64,000 nucleotides of DNA from an uncultured virus (IMG/VR IMGVR_UViG_3300020213_000018) (IMGVR_UViG_3300020213_000018), one strand, 5' to 3'. Positions 10,212 through 20,354 are shown, numbered from the stretch's first letter. Notes: generated by a model from the letters alone, not told the origin. Numbers and translations: made by a program.

Positions 10212-10358
10212 ATGATTCAAAACGAAAAATACCAATTATTATTTTATATAATTATACCAATTTTCATATTAGCTGTTTTTGCAATGTGGTTTATAATTAA
10301 ATCAGCCGATAAATTTTTCAGTGAAGCGGATGAAGAAATTAAAAATGAAAAAAACTAA
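10212..10358 (+). CDS. Small membrane protein (48 aa, MIQNEKYQLLFYIIIPIFILAVFAMWFII...)
   Basis: Own translation; one hydrophobic helix. Confidence 0.5.
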   Translation: MIQNEKYQLLFYIIIPIFILAVFAMWFIIKSADKFFSEADEEIKNEKN

Positions 10359-10362
10359 AAAA

Positions 10363-10590
10363 ATGAAAAAATTAAATTTTAAAAAAACAAGTAGCCATAA
10401 TCCATCTATTGTAAACCGAGATTGCAAAGATGTGGCAAAAGAACTTAATCCAAATGACTTTAATGGGATAATTAGCCAAAATCCATACGGAATTATCATC
10501 AATGGAACAGAGATAACGAAAATATCAAAAACCCTCTTTAAAACGGCTAAAAACAACCAAATAACCCATACAAACAATGGTAATACATAG
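10363..10590 (+). CDS. Hypothetical protein
   Basis: ATG after AAAAACTAAAAAA inside the tracked 10321-10590 ORF. Confidence 0.55.
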   Translation: MKKLNFKKTSSHNPSIVNRDCKDVAKELNPNDFNGIISQNPYGIIINGTEITKISKTLFKTAKNNQITHTNNGNT

Positions 10591-10596
10591 GGGTAG

Positions 10597-10717
10597 TGTT
10601 AACAACCAAAGCAATAACAATATAACTAATTGATAATCATTGCTTTAAATAGTTACAAACATTTACATAAATTAACTTACATTTTTGTAAGTGGTTACGT
10701 TTTTGTAAGTATATTTG
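10597..10717 (+). promoter_or_regulatory. Conserved promoter/operator module, copy 2
   Basis: TGTTAACAACC; TGATAATCA (10631); ACTTACA-TTTT-TGTAAGT (10675-10692); TGTAAGT (10704) with TATATTTG (10710-10717); core spacing as in copy 1. Confidence 0.75.
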
Positions 10718-10728
10718 AACATAATTAA

Positions 10729-11112
10729 TTGGCAAAAACTAAAAAAATCATTATGATAACAAAAGAAAAATTTGAGAAGGCTTATGATATTTGTATTAAG
10801 TACAGGGTTCAGTTATTAAATCAGCAAAGTGTATTAAAAGTTGATTTTAATAAAATCAATAACCTTCAAAGAACAAATGAATATTCCTTAGAAACAAAGG
10901 TAAATGATATAGACTGGTCTGAATTTGAAGAAAATAATTTAGGGGTTAGGGTTAGGATATTAAACTGCCTAAAAGCAGAAGACATAGAAACATTAGGTGA
11001 GCTTTTGTCTTACAAAAAAAAAGATTTATTACGCCTTAGAAATTTCGGTAAGTCTTCGTTACAACTTATAGAAAGGACTTTAAATGAGTTAGGAATAAAA
11101 AATTGGAATTAA
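10729..11112 (+). CDS. RNA polymerase alpha-subunit C-terminal domain protein
   Basis: VRILNCLKAEDIETLGELLSYKKKDLLRLRNFGKSSLQLI matches the alpha-CTD HhH pattern. Confidence 0.85.
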   Translation: MAKTKKIIMITKEKFEKAYDICIKYRVQLLNQQSVLKVDFNKINNLQRTNEYSLETKVNDIDWSEFEENNLGVRVRILNCLKAEDIETLGELLSYKKKDLLRLRNFGKSSLQLIERTLNELGIKNWN

Positions 11113-11451
11113 ATGGAAACAAAAGAAAGAGAAGAAATATTATCAAATATAAATACTATACTAGATAGAGTTGAGGTTATTACCAAAGAACGTGAAACAC
11201 TCATTGAGCAATTAAAATCAATTTTTCCTACAAAGGAAGGAGATAAGGTAAGTATCGTATTTAATTTAATAGATGCAGAATCAAAACACGTCCGTTTCGC
11301 TTTCGTAAATAAAATAGAAATAAAACTTATTGGAAATGAAAGAAAAGCAAAGATAATATTTGATTTGCAAAAGTGTAAAGCAGACGGGTCGGTATCACAA
11401 TACTCTGACTATCTTAAACACAACGAGTTCGTAACTAAAATAAAATCGTAA
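11113..11451 (+). CDS. Hypothetical protein
   Basis: 112 aa ORF. Confidence 0.75.
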   Translation: METKEREEILSNINTILDRVEVITKERETLIEQLKSIFPTKEGDKVSIVFNLIDAESKHVRFAFVNKIEIKLIGNERKAKIIFDLQKCKADGSVSQYSDYLKHNEFVTKIKS

Positions 11452-11455
11452 CATC

Positions 11456-13330
11456 ATGTCGTATCACAATCCAATACAAATTTTATTAGCTTATGCCAAC
11501 GGAAAGGGCTTCGATATTATTGACGGTGGCGGTGCTTGTCTTGATTACATCAACATTCACACGTTCCTTAAAATAATTGATAACTGCCACTATGTAGCTA
11601 TTGATGAAAAAAATCAGGAAATTATTGACTTGTGCAAAAAGACTAATGAAGAAATTAACGTAGTTCTTAAAGATATTTCGGCATTGAGTAAATCATACGG
11701 TCAGGGTAAAGAAGCACAGGAGAAAGTAGAAAAAATAATTCAGGATTTGCCATTAAAAAAATTGCAATCAATATTAAAATCAAAAAAAGGACGTGATGAT
11801 GCACGTTATTTATCGGATAATCTTTACGATAAAGACAAAGCATCACTTGCCTTTATTGGTCTTCACGAAAATTTAAAAATTGTTGCACAGATACAAGGTC
11901 AAGCTGAGCGTGATGGTCTTACCGAAGTTGTAGATTTAGCTAAAAAACTAGAAGATGCTTTTGAAGATATTTCTAAAATAGCTTGGAAAGGTAGGATAGA
12001 CGATACAAAACTATTAAAAAAATATTCACATAATATTTCAAAAGTGATTAAACCAAACGAAATGATTGTTACACTTGATTCCGCATTGATAGAAGAAAGT
12101 GTTGAAAAAGGTTATGCAGGTAAAAACTTTATTGGTAACAAAGGAGCTAACTTAGTTGAAATGCACAAACTCGGTGTAAGAGTTCCTGACAGTTTATTTT
12201 TGACAACAGTTGCGTGTAAATCAATTCACGAGCAACAGGAAATTTCTTTCATGCCATTACTCAAAAATATTTTGTATATGTTTAAAACAAACAAAATTGC
12301 CATACGCAGTAGCGGTGTTGTTTCTATGGCAGGAATGATGGACACGGTTTTAGATATTGATAAAACCGATGTAAAGGCTGTTACAAAGGCTATAATGGAC
12401 GTGGTTAACTCTTGGGATAGCGATAGAGCAAAATCATTCAGAAAGGTTTGTAAGATGTCCGACGAAGTAAAAATAGCGATTGTTATTCAACCTATGATAC
12501 GTGGTGATGAAGGTTGTTCAGGTATTGTATTTTCACGTAACCCTAATAACGGTTTAAATGAATTGACAGGTGAGTTTGTTGATAAATCACTCGGAGATAA
12601 ATTAGCAAGTGGTAACATAACTCCTTTAGATATTAATAAACTTAATGTAAATATCAAAACAGAACTATTAGATGTTTCTAATAAACTTGAAAAACATTTT
12701 AAGCACATTCAGGATATTGAATTTGTTTATGACAACAAAGACTTATTTTTAGTTCAGACCCGTAATGCAAAACTTTCTCAATTAGCAGAAATCAAAACAC
12801 TAATTGATTTTTACAACGAGGGGTTAATTACACTTGATGAATTTAAGAATAGATATAATGCTGATAAACACAAACAGGTAATTGGTTACGATGTGTTTGG
12901 TGGCACAGGTCATTTGTTTCGTGGTACTCCTGCTGTTAACGGTGTATTCACGGGTAAAGTTACTTTTGTGAGAGAAACAGCCACAGAAGAAAATATTTTA
13001 ATAGTTGATAGCACTTCCCCTAATGATATGCCGTACTTAAATAAAATCGGTGCGTTGATTACAAAGATTGGAGGAATGACCTCACATCCTGCGGTAGTTT
13101 GTCGTGAATTAAAAAAACCATGTGTTGTTGGTGTATCTGAATTAAACTTCAACAAGAGCGTACAATATTTATCGGTTTATATCAATGACGGTAAAGGCGA
13201 AAAAGAAATTTGCGAAGGTGATGTTATTACTGTGGTTGGTGATACAGGTGATGTTTACGAAGGTAGTTGCGAAGTAAAATATAAACAATTGTTCGTTGAT
13301 GAAGTAAACGAAATTTTAAACAGTAATTAA
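11456..13330 (+). CDS. PPDK/PEP-synthase-like phosphotransferase (ATP-grasp + His swivel domain, no pyruvate barrel)
   Basis: IGNKGANL, IRSSGVVSMAGMMDT, QDIEF, VQTR and GGMTSHPAVVCRE motifs. Confidence 0.85.
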   Translation: MSYHNPIQILLAYANGKGFDIIDGGGACLDYINIHTFLKIIDNCHYVAIDEKNQEIIDLCKKTNEEINVVLKDISALSKSYGQGKEAQEKVEKIIQDLPLKKLQSILKSKKGRDDARYLSDNLYDKDKASLAFIGLHENLKIVAQIQGQAERDGLTEVVDLAKKLEDAFEDISKIAWKGRIDDTKLLKKYSHNISKVIKPNEMIVTLDSALIEESVEKGYAGKNFIGNKGANLVEMHKLGVRVPDSLFLTTVACKSIHEQQEISFMPLLKNILYMFKTNKIAIRSSGVVSMAGMMDTVLDIDKTDVKAVTKAIMDVVNSWDSDRAKSFRKVCKMSDEVKIAIVIQPMIRGDEGCSGIVFSRNPNNGLNELTGEFVDKSLGDKLASGNITPLDINKLNVNIKTELLDVSNKLEKHFKHIQDIEFVYDNKDLFLVQTRNAKLSQLAEIKTLIDFYNEGLITLDEFKNRYNADKHKQVIGYDVFGGTGHLFRGTPAVNGVFTGKVTFVRETATEENILIVDSTSPNDMPYLNKIGALITKIGGMTSHPAVVCRELKKPCVVGVSELNFNKSVQYLSVYINDGKGEKEICEGDVITVVGDTGDVYEGSCEVKYKQLFVDEVNEILNSN

Positions 13331-13825
13331 ATGGCAAAACTAATCACAACAGAAGACCTTAATAAGATTAAGGAATCAAACATAGAGTTAATGAAAGTTA
13401 ATTTCAAAAGAGATGGTAATTTATTTCCCGTTGTTATGATTATTGCTCCCGATGGAGGAATGACAATTATCGGTACTCCATATACTTCTAACAAACAAAA
13501 AACTAAAATGATGAATGAGGTTAAAGATATGTGTAAAAAAATTGATGCCATATCTGTAATAATAATCAATGAGGCTTGGATGAAATCGGTTAAGAAAGAA
13601 GATTATGATAAATATGTAAATGAAATGAAAGTAACAGGAAAAAGGGTTTCTGATTATTCCGATAAAAAAGAATGTGCTATTGTAATTTTTGAAACAAAGT
13701 TTACAAACGAATGTGTTACGTTTGATATTGACCGCATAAATAACGAATTAATTAACAGAAATAGTCAAATGTTAGCGGGAGGTGATTTTGCCAACATACT
13801 TTGTCCTGTTATTCAAAAAAACTAA
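13331..13825 (+). CDS. Hypothetical protein (NEAWM motif)
   Basis: 164 aa ORF. Confidence 0.8.
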   Translation: MAKLITTEDLNKIKESNIELMKVNFKRDGNLFPVVMIIAPDGGMTIIGTPYTSNKQKTKMMNEVKDMCKKIDAISVIIINEAWMKSVKKEDYDKYVNEMKVTGKRVSDYSDKKECAIVIFETKFTNECVTFDIDRINNELINRNSQMLAGGDFANILCPVIQKN

Positions 13826-13839
13826 AAAAAAATAAAACC

Positions 13840-14838
13840 ATGCAAAAAGAAAACATAACCACAAAAAACATTTGGGAATTTACAAAAGATGATACTATTT
13901 ATATTTCTAAAACAATTAAATCAACAGGAAATAAGCATACTTTTTTATGCCAATTCGTAATGCTTGTACGAAACAGAGTTCATGGAATAGTATTAGAAAT
14001 TGATAAAGCTACATCTTGGGATGGTATTAAGGTTGGTGATGAAATTCATGCTGATTTCAAAAGCTGTGGTTTATACGGTAAAGCAGGTAATGATAGTAAC
14101 ACTAATTACCATTGGTTTAACACTATGGGTTATGCCCACAAAGATATTGGTGAAGAAGTAACTGAAAAGGTTATTAAACATCCTTCATACGGCTTAATTG
14201 GTGTTAATCGTACATCAAGTAGTGGCTCTACCTTATTCGGTAGTAACATTCAGCATAAAAACACATTTACGATAATAATTAAACGAGCAGAACATCACCG
14301 ACACTTAAATAACGATTGGATGCACGGTACTGAGCAATTAATTGAAATTGAATTGTCAGGTTCTCAATTTATAGAAATGATGACATCTATGAACGCAGGA
14401 GATGGTATTCCTTGCACTATCCGTCAAGTAGGAAGCCAAATGTACCCTGACCCGCCTTATGAAAACCCTTTAGATACTTTTCAAAGGGAGTTTGAAGCTA
14501 AGTTAAAGAACTTAGGTAAGCAATGTGAATCGGTTGTTGAAGATGCCGTTAAGATGTTGAAAGAAAAGACCAATATAAATAAAGCAGACCGTGATTTTTT
14601 ACTATCAGCCATTCATTCTATTGTTCAACAAGTGAGTTCAAATATTCCTTTCGTTAATCAACAATTTAATGAGAGTGTTGAGAAATCGGTTCAACAAGCT
14701 AAAAACGAAATTGAAACATTCTTTAATCACAGAATAACATCTCTTGGTCTTGATGCTGCTAAATTAAAACCTGAGTTGTTGTTAGGTAATATTAGTAATG
14801 ATACTAAAGAAATAACAGGTAACGAACATAACGAGTAA
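13840..14838 (+). CDS. Hypothetical phage protein
   Basis: ORF 13801-14838; likely start MQKEN at 13840. Confidence 0.8.
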   Translation: MQKENITTKNIWEFTKDDTIYISKTIKSTGNKHTFLCQFVMLVRNRVHGIVLEIDKATSWDGIKVGDEIHADFKSCGLYGKAGNDSNTNYHWFNTMGYAHKDIGEEVTEKVIKHPSYGLIGVNRTSSSGSTLFGSNIQHKNTFTIIIKRAEHHRHLNNDWMHGTEQLIEIELSGSQFIEMMTSMNAGDGIPCTIRQVGSQMYPDPPYENPLDTFQREFEAKLKNLGKQCESVVEDAVKMLKEKTNINKADRDFLLSAIHSIVQQVSSNIPFVNQQFNESVEKSVQQAKNEIETFFNHRITSLGLDAAKLKPELLLGNISNDTKEITGNEHNE

Positions 14839-14861
14839 AAAATAATTTAAAAAATAAAATT

Positions 14862-15098
14862 ATGAAAAAAATACTTTGGAAATTATTAAGCATTGTTGAT
14901 AACAATTGGGGTTACACAACTCCATTACAAAAAAGATTTCAAATTAATGATAAGTGTAAGATAAGCATCTTTAAACAAATATGCACAAAATACAGCGTAG
15001 GTGATGAGGTTACTATCATTGAAACGGGACGACACGATTATTTAGTTTCGGATAAAAATGGAGTTAAAGAAATCGTACTTCAAATTGAATTAGTTTAA
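14862..15098 (+). CDS. Hypothetical protein
   Basis: 78 aa ORF. Confidence 0.6.
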   Translation: MKKILWKLLSIVDNNWGYTTPLQKRFQINDKCKISIFKQICTKYSVGDEVTIIETGRHDYLVSDKNGVKEIVLQIELV

Positions 15099-15116
15099 TT
15101 AAAAAAAATCAGCATA

Positions 15117-15503
15117 ATGGCAAAAATATTCATAGATGATTGGCGTTTGCCAAATAGTAAACATAATACTCCTGATTGGATATTATGTAAATCGTATAAA
15201 AATTTCGATAAGGTACTAAACGAATTAATTGAAAAGAAGGAGCATATATCAGAAATATCTTTTGATTATATGTTAGGACACCGTCATTACGATGGTTCGC
15301 ATTGTTTTAAATTGTTCGCTCAAAAAACAGAGGAACATAAATTAAAACTTCCTGAAAATATTTATATACATTCTGAATACCCTAACGCTGAAACTCATTT
15401 TAAAAGCGTTTCTATGTGGTTATCGTACACTTATGATGTGGATGTAGATATGATTAAAATACACGAAAACGGAACTCAAACAATTATTAAAGCATTTGAA
15501 TAA
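15117..15503 (+). CDS. Cyclic-phosphate-processing receiver domain protein
   Basis: IFIDDWRLP...ISFDYMLG...IYIHS matches the [LI]DDxR / SFDHDLG / HS pattern. Confidence 0.7.
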   Translation: MAKIFIDDWRLPNSKHNTPDWILCKSYKNFDKVLNELIEKKEHISEISFDYMLGHRHYDGSHCFKLFAQKTEEHKLKLPENIYIHSEYPNAETHFKSVSMWLSYTYDVDVDMIKIHENGTQTIIKAFE

Positions 15504-15535
15504 ATAATAAATTAACGAATGAAAAAAACAAAGTA

Positions 15536-16090
15536 ATGAACGAAAAACAAATATACGGTGGTAATAAGTTAATTGCCGAACTTTTAAAAATTACACCTTC
15601 AAACGTAGAAGAAATCGGTGAGCTAACACTTAACAAAGGTTTGGTTAACGGTTATTATAGACCATACCCTATTACGGAATTATTCTCGGATAATTTCTGT
15701 AAAGAAAACCCACACGTTGAATTTCAGTTCAACGCATCTTGTAGTACGTGTAGTAATTGTAGCGGTTATACGTGTGGTGGTTATATTTTAAAAGATATGT
15801 CGATTGATACATTCAATCAATACAAGAACATTAAAGAAACTTTTGGCGACCCGATTTATCCGAGTTATAATAGTGATTGGAATTTATTTGTTCCCGCTTT
15901 CAATAAAATTCATAAAATACATTTTGATAAAGAAATGTGTGAATTGATAGGTTGTCACATTCGTTTCAATGATAACTTAAATGCTTTCAAAACATTAATA
16001 AATTACATCGAAGACCGTATTCTAAAATTAGAATATTTTGATAAAAATAAAGTTTGGAATAAATACAAAAGTGATAAAGAAGTAAAATGA
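15536..16090 (+). CDS. Hypothetical protein (Cys cluster)
   Basis: 184 aa ORF with CSTCSNCSGYTC. Confidence 0.75.
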   Translation: MNEKQIYGGNKLIAELLKITPSNVEEIGELTLNKGLVNGYYRPYPITELFSDNFCKENPHVEFQFNASCSTCSNCSGYTCGGYILKDMSIDTFNQYKNIKETFGDPIYPSYNSDWNLFVPAFNKIHKIHFDKEMCELIGCHIRFNDNLNAFKTLINYIEDRILKLEYFDKNKVWNKYKSDKEVK

Positions 16091-16899
16091 AAATATCACC
16101 TGATAAAGAAATGGGATTAAATTTCCCTGCATGGTTTCAAAAGAAAGTAATGGTTGAGCGTAGCAATGAAATAATGGCTAACAAGGAAACGCCTGACTTT
16201 CAAAAAAAGAAAGCAGTTCAAGAGATTATTGATGTTGTATCTGATGAAAGAAATAAATATTATTTATTTACTGATGCAGCCTATAAAATATCTCAAAGTT
16301 TAAAGTTTGATGCTGAAAAGTTTGAAGCTAACTTCCTTTCTATTATACCTGATGGTAAAAAGATAACTTACTTAATGGGTGATTTTTTCTACCGTTGGCA
16401 TAAACAAGGTAACAGGGTAATGGTATTCGGTTGTCATCAAAAAGAATTGACACCTGAAATTATTGACTATTATAAAACACAATTAAAAAGGGATATTGAG
16501 TATGATGTTAAGTGGTATTTCTTTGCTGTAAATTTAGATGATAGCACTTATGCAATACCGCCAAAACCAGTAGAACCATTTACAGATGATACTTGGATTG
16601 AATTTATAAAGATGCTCATATTTACGGAGCTTTCAGAATTAGAAACTGTGGTGTTAGAACCAAACCAAAAAACAGGTACAAGGAAAAAAGGTAATTTTTT
16701 AAATGGAAGTAAATCACGAGTAATCATTGTAGATTCTGCTTGGAGCAAGACATTAATTAAGTCGGATGGGTTTTTAGTGTCAGGTCATTGTCGTCTGCAA
16801 AGATACGGAGTGGGAAATAAATTAGCTAAATACATTTGGATAGATACATTTGAAAAAGAAGGATACATACGAACATCAAAAATGCTTAAAAATAAATAA
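16087..16899 (+). CDS. Hypothetical phage protein (VSGHCRLQ...KYIWI C-terminal motif)
   Basis: 270 aa ORF, ATGA overlap. Confidence 0.8.
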   Translation: MKISPDKEMGLNFPAWFQKKVMVERSNEIMANKETPDFQKKKAVQEIIDVVSDERNKYYLFTDAAYKISQSLKFDAEKFEANFLSIIPDGKKITYLMGDFFYRWHKQGNRVMVFGCHQKELTPEIIDYYKTQLKRDIEYDVKWYFFAVNLDDSTYAIPPKPVEPFTDDTWIEFIKMLIFTELSELETVVLEPNQKTGTRKKGNFLNGSKSRVIIVDSAWSKTLIKSDGFLVSGHCRLQRYGVGNKLAKYIWIDTFEKEGYIRTSKMLKNK

Positions 16900-16920
16900 A
16901 TAATTTAAAAATAAAATAAA

Positions 16921-17283
16921 ATGAAAATAGAAATAGAAAAAGGTAAAATAGCAGTAAAAGACGAAAACGTTTTTATTGAAGTTGATGGGAAAAATATTCC
17001 TGTAAACAAAATTTCTTTGAGTAACAAAGAATATAATGTTGGAGAAGAAGTGCAAGGTGTTATTCAAGAAGAAAAATTCAATATCTGCCGTGATTATGAC
17101 CATAGCCGTAAAGGTAAATTATTTGGTTTCATATCAGATGATGAATTGAATGATGATTTCATTACCATTACTGTGATGGCTGATTTCAGACCAAAACTTA
17201 TGTCAACTATGGGATTAAATAAAAGTGAGTATGAAGTTGGTGAAATAATCAGAGTTCGTCGTGAACTAATAAATAACTATTAA
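16921..17283 (+). CDS. Hypothetical protein
   Basis: 120 aa ORF. Confidence 0.75.
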   Translation: MKIEIEKGKIAVKDENVFIEVDGKNIPVNKISLSNKEYNVGEEVQGVIQEEKFNICRDYDHSRKGKLFGFISDDELNDDFITITVMADFRPKLMSTMGLNKSEYEVGEIIRVRRELINNY

Positions 17284-17293
17284 TTTTTTTGAT

Positions 17294-17713
17294 ATGACAA
17301 GTGTAGAAACAAAAACAAACTATAAGGAATCTGAATTTGGTAAACAACATTGGAGTTTACTTGCGTTTATTGAAACTCAGGTTGTAGATAAGTCTTTTCC
17401 GCTCGACTTTCGTAGAATGAGTTGCAATAACATAAAGAGGCATCCATTAAATAACGGTGCGCCTTTTGGTTGGGATGATAAATACAGCACAGAAAATATG
17501 AACGGTAAGCAATTAGTTTTAGGACACGATGATATTGATTGCTTTGACGAACTTGAACAAGAAGGGTACGTAAAAAATCAAGGAACGTTACTTAATATGT
17601 ACCCTAATATTACTGATAAGGGTTGGAGAGCTTGTGCTGAATTAAGAAAGTTTAAAGGAAACGGTGGTAACTTTAAAGAATTTGTGTTTTCTGAAATAAA
17701 AAAATTTATGTAA
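17294..17713 (+). CDS. Hypothetical phage protein
   Basis: 139 aa ORF; FGKQHWS and HDDIDC motifs. Confidence 0.75.
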   Translation: MTSVETKTNYKESEFGKQHWSLLAFIETQVVDKSFPLDFRRMSCNNIKRHPLNNGAPFGWDDKYSTENMNGKQLVLGHDDIDCFDELEQEGYVKNQGTLLNMYPNITDKGWRACAELRKFKGNGGNFKEFVFSEIKKFM

Positions 17714-17729
17714 GTAAAAAAATAAAAAA

Positions 17730-18104
17730 ATGAATAGACAAGAAAAAATAAAAACAATAATTGAACTTCATAATTTTTTCACTATTGAATTTGGGAAACA
17801 AATGGAGTTAGATAACTCGGATAATATTTGGAATATTCAATTACTTGAAGTAAAACCTGACAGATATTATTTGGTTGAAAGTTTAAGTGAGGTCATAATA
17901 AAAAATAACGATAACTATGACGACAACAAAACTTACAAACCTTCAACAGAGGTTCGTTATTTATTGAGAAGTAAAGAGGCTGCAAAATATGGCGACAAAC
18001 ATAAGGCTTTTTATGACCGTTACTTAAATACCATAGCTATTAAAAACGAATACCTAACAAATCCACAGGGTTTTAAAGATGAAGTACTTAAACGGGCAAA
18101 ATAA
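17730..18104 (+). CDS. Hypothetical protein
   Basis: 124 aa ORF. Confidence 0.75.
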   Translation: MNRQEKIKTIIELHNFFTIEFGKQMELDNSDNIWNIQLLEVKPDRYYLVESLSEVIIKNNDNYDDNKTYKPSTEVRYLLRSKEAAKYGDKHKAFYDRYLNTIAIKNEYLTNPQGFKDEVLKRAK

Positions 18105-18135
18105 TTATTTAATAAAAAAATAAAATAAAATATTT

Positions 18136-18699
18136 ATGAAAAATTTAGCAGGAGTACAAGATGCCGACAAATCTATTTTAGAAGAATTGTATTTGGCGGG
18201 AATAAAAGCGGTAAAAACTGAAACATCAAAAAGTGAAGTTCCGTTTTCTTATGTTGGTAAAGTTGGTAATTGGACTTTCAAAAGACTTTGGTATTATTGG
18301 TCGGCATCCGTTGAAGATAGAGCAGACGGAGTTCTGTTAGAAGATGCTATGGAACTTAACAACAGAAAACATCCTACTGATGAAACTACAACACTTGGAA
18401 AAACAATCAGGGCAGGTGGTCATGGAGGTGGAATTTCACCTGATGATTATGTTGGAGAACCAATATACAATTCGGAATTATCTGCTGAATGTAAAGCGTT
18501 AGGAATCGAAACACAAACTCAAAAATCTATGGGTTTTGGAGATGACGAAACCGAATACCCTAAATTGAATCGTGGTGAAATGGCTAAACTTTGTAATGAA
18601 GGAAAAATAAAAGCAAAAAGATACGTTGATGCGTACCATATTGATGACCAAATAGGATTAAATGAATTTGCAAAGTTTATTAAATCAAAAAGTAATTAA
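18136..18699 (+). CDS. Hypothetical phage protein
   Basis: 187 aa ORF. Confidence 0.8.
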   Translation: MKNLAGVQDADKSILEELYLAGIKAVKTETSKSEVPFSYVGKVGNWTFKRLWYYWSASVEDRADGVLLEDAMELNNRKHPTDETTTLGKTIRAGGHGGGISPDDYVGEPIYNSELSAECKALGIETQTQKSMGFGDDETEYPKLNRGEMAKLCNEGKIKAKRYVDAYHIDDQIGLNEFAKFIKSKSN

Positions 18700-18702
18700 A
18701 AA

Positions 18703-19062
18703 ATGAAAACAACAACAGTAGTACACTTATCAGAATATAAAAAACTTAGTACGTTTGAAAAAAAGATGGTTAGGTTTTTTAAAAATAAATCTTGGTTATT
18801 TTTCCTTATACCAATATCATTTTATGGTGCTATTTATTTAAGTGTTTGGCAACATACGTTTTGGTACATTGGTTTATATGTTTTAATTTCCTTTTTTACT
18901 GCATTAGCATTGTTAGAAAAATACTGTAAAGTATCTGATACAACAAACCACTGTGATGAGTGTAATTCACGGTTAAAGTATTTGGGTAAAGATTATTATT
19001 CTGACTTTTACTGCTGTGATAATTGTAATTGTAAAGAGTACAAAAAAGATATTGAGTATTAA
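18703..19062 (+). CDS. Two-TM membrane protein with C-terminal Zn finger
   Basis: Two hydrophobic segments; CDEC...CDNC. Confidence 0.7.
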   Translation: MKTTTVVHLSEYKKLSTFEKKMVRFFKNKSWLFFLIPISFYGAIYLSVWQHTFWYIGLYVLISFFTALALLEKYCKVSDTTNHCDECNSRLKYLGKDYYSDFYCCDNCNCKEYKKDIEY

Positions 19063-19079
19063 ACTAAAAAAATAATTTT

Positions 19080-20354
19080 ATGCCAAAAACAATCGAACAG
19101 GAAAATAAGAATAAGGATATTGAAAAACAGAATAAAATAAACATGAAACCAATTAAAATTTTCGGAAAAGAAGTGATTGATGACAAATGCATTTATCAAC
19201 TTCAAAACTGTATCGGTGAAAACGATATTGGAGTATTAACAGCAGATGCTCACTATGGTTACGCCCATCCCATAGGTGGTGCTATTGCGTACAAGAATCA
19301 AATTTCATTATCGGGAGTTGGTTTTGATATTGCTTGTGGTAACTATGCAGTAAGAACAAACATCAAGGCTGATGATATTGAAATTTCTAAAGTGATGGAT
19401 GAAATCTTCAAACGTATTTCATTCGGTGTAGGAAGACCAAACGACGAACCTGTTGACCATGCTATTTTTGATAAAATAAGAAATGCAAACTTTTTACCTC
19501 AACGTGAACTTTTGAATTTAGCCATGCCACAACTCGGTACAGTAGGTTCAGGAAATCATTACGTGGATTTATTTCGTGATAACGATGGTATTCTTTGGAT
19601 TGGAGTTCACTTTGGTTCTCGTGGGTTTGGTCATAGAACCGCTATGGGTTTTATTGCATTATCGCAAGGTTTAAAATTCGGAGATAAAGCTAAAGAAGGT
19701 GGAATGGATAAGCCACCAATTCTTTTTGATATTAATTCTGAAATAGGTCAATCTTATATTGAAGCGATGCGCCTTGCGGGTGAATATGCCTATGCAGGTA
19801 GAGAAACTGTTGTTGAAAAAGTATTGGAAATACTAGGAGCAGAAAAAAACTTTGAAGTACACAACCACCATAACTTCGCTTGGCTTGAAGAACATTTTGG
19901 GGAAAAATATTGGGTGGTACGTAAAGGATGTACACCTGCCTTCCCTAATCAATTAGGATTCATTGGAGCTAATATGTTAGACACCTCAGTAATTATTGAG
20001 GGTGTTGATAGTGTAGAATCAAAAGAAGGATTATATTCAACCGTACACGGTGCAGGTAGAGTGATGTCGAGGACGGAAGCTGCGGGTAAAAAGAAATGGA
20101 TTAAAGACGAAAACGGAAGAAAACGTCCTGTTGTAGTTGGTAAAGGTAAAGTTGATTTTGATGCAGTAAGACAAAATATGAAGAATAAAAATATTCAACT
20201 TCGTGGAGCAGGAGCAGATGAAGCTCCCGAGTGTTATAAATCACTTAAAGAAGTTTTATCTTATCAGGGTAATACAATTAAAATTTTGCATGAGTTACAC
20301 CCGATAGGTGTGGCTATGGCAGGAGAACATGAGTACGACCCTTACGCTTTTTGA
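19080..20354 (+). CDS. rtcB: RtcB family RNA ligase
   Basis: DAHYGY, GVGFDIACG, LGTVGSGNHY, HFGSRG, HNHHN, VRKG, HGAGR and DEAPECYK motifs. Confidence 0.95.
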   Translation: MPKTIEQENKNKDIEKQNKINMKPIKIFGKEVIDDKCIYQLQNCIGENDIGVLTADAHYGYAHPIGGAIAYKNQISLSGVGFDIACGNYAVRTNIKADDIEISKVMDEIFKRISFGVGRPNDEPVDHAIFDKIRNANFLPQRELLNLAMPQLGTVGSGNHYVDLFRDNDGILWIGVHFGSRGFGHRTAMGFIALSQGLKFGDKAKEGGMDKPPILFDINSEIGQSYIEAMRLAGEYAYAGRETVVEKVLEILGAEKNFEVHNHHNFAWLEEHFGEKYWVVRKGCTPAFPNQLGFIGANMLDTSVIIEGVDSVESKEGLYSTVHGAGRVMSRTEAAGKKKWIKDENGRKRPVVVGKGKVDFDAVRQNMKNKNIQLRGAGADEAPECYKSLKEVLSYQGNTIKILHELHPIGVAMAGEHEYDPYAF

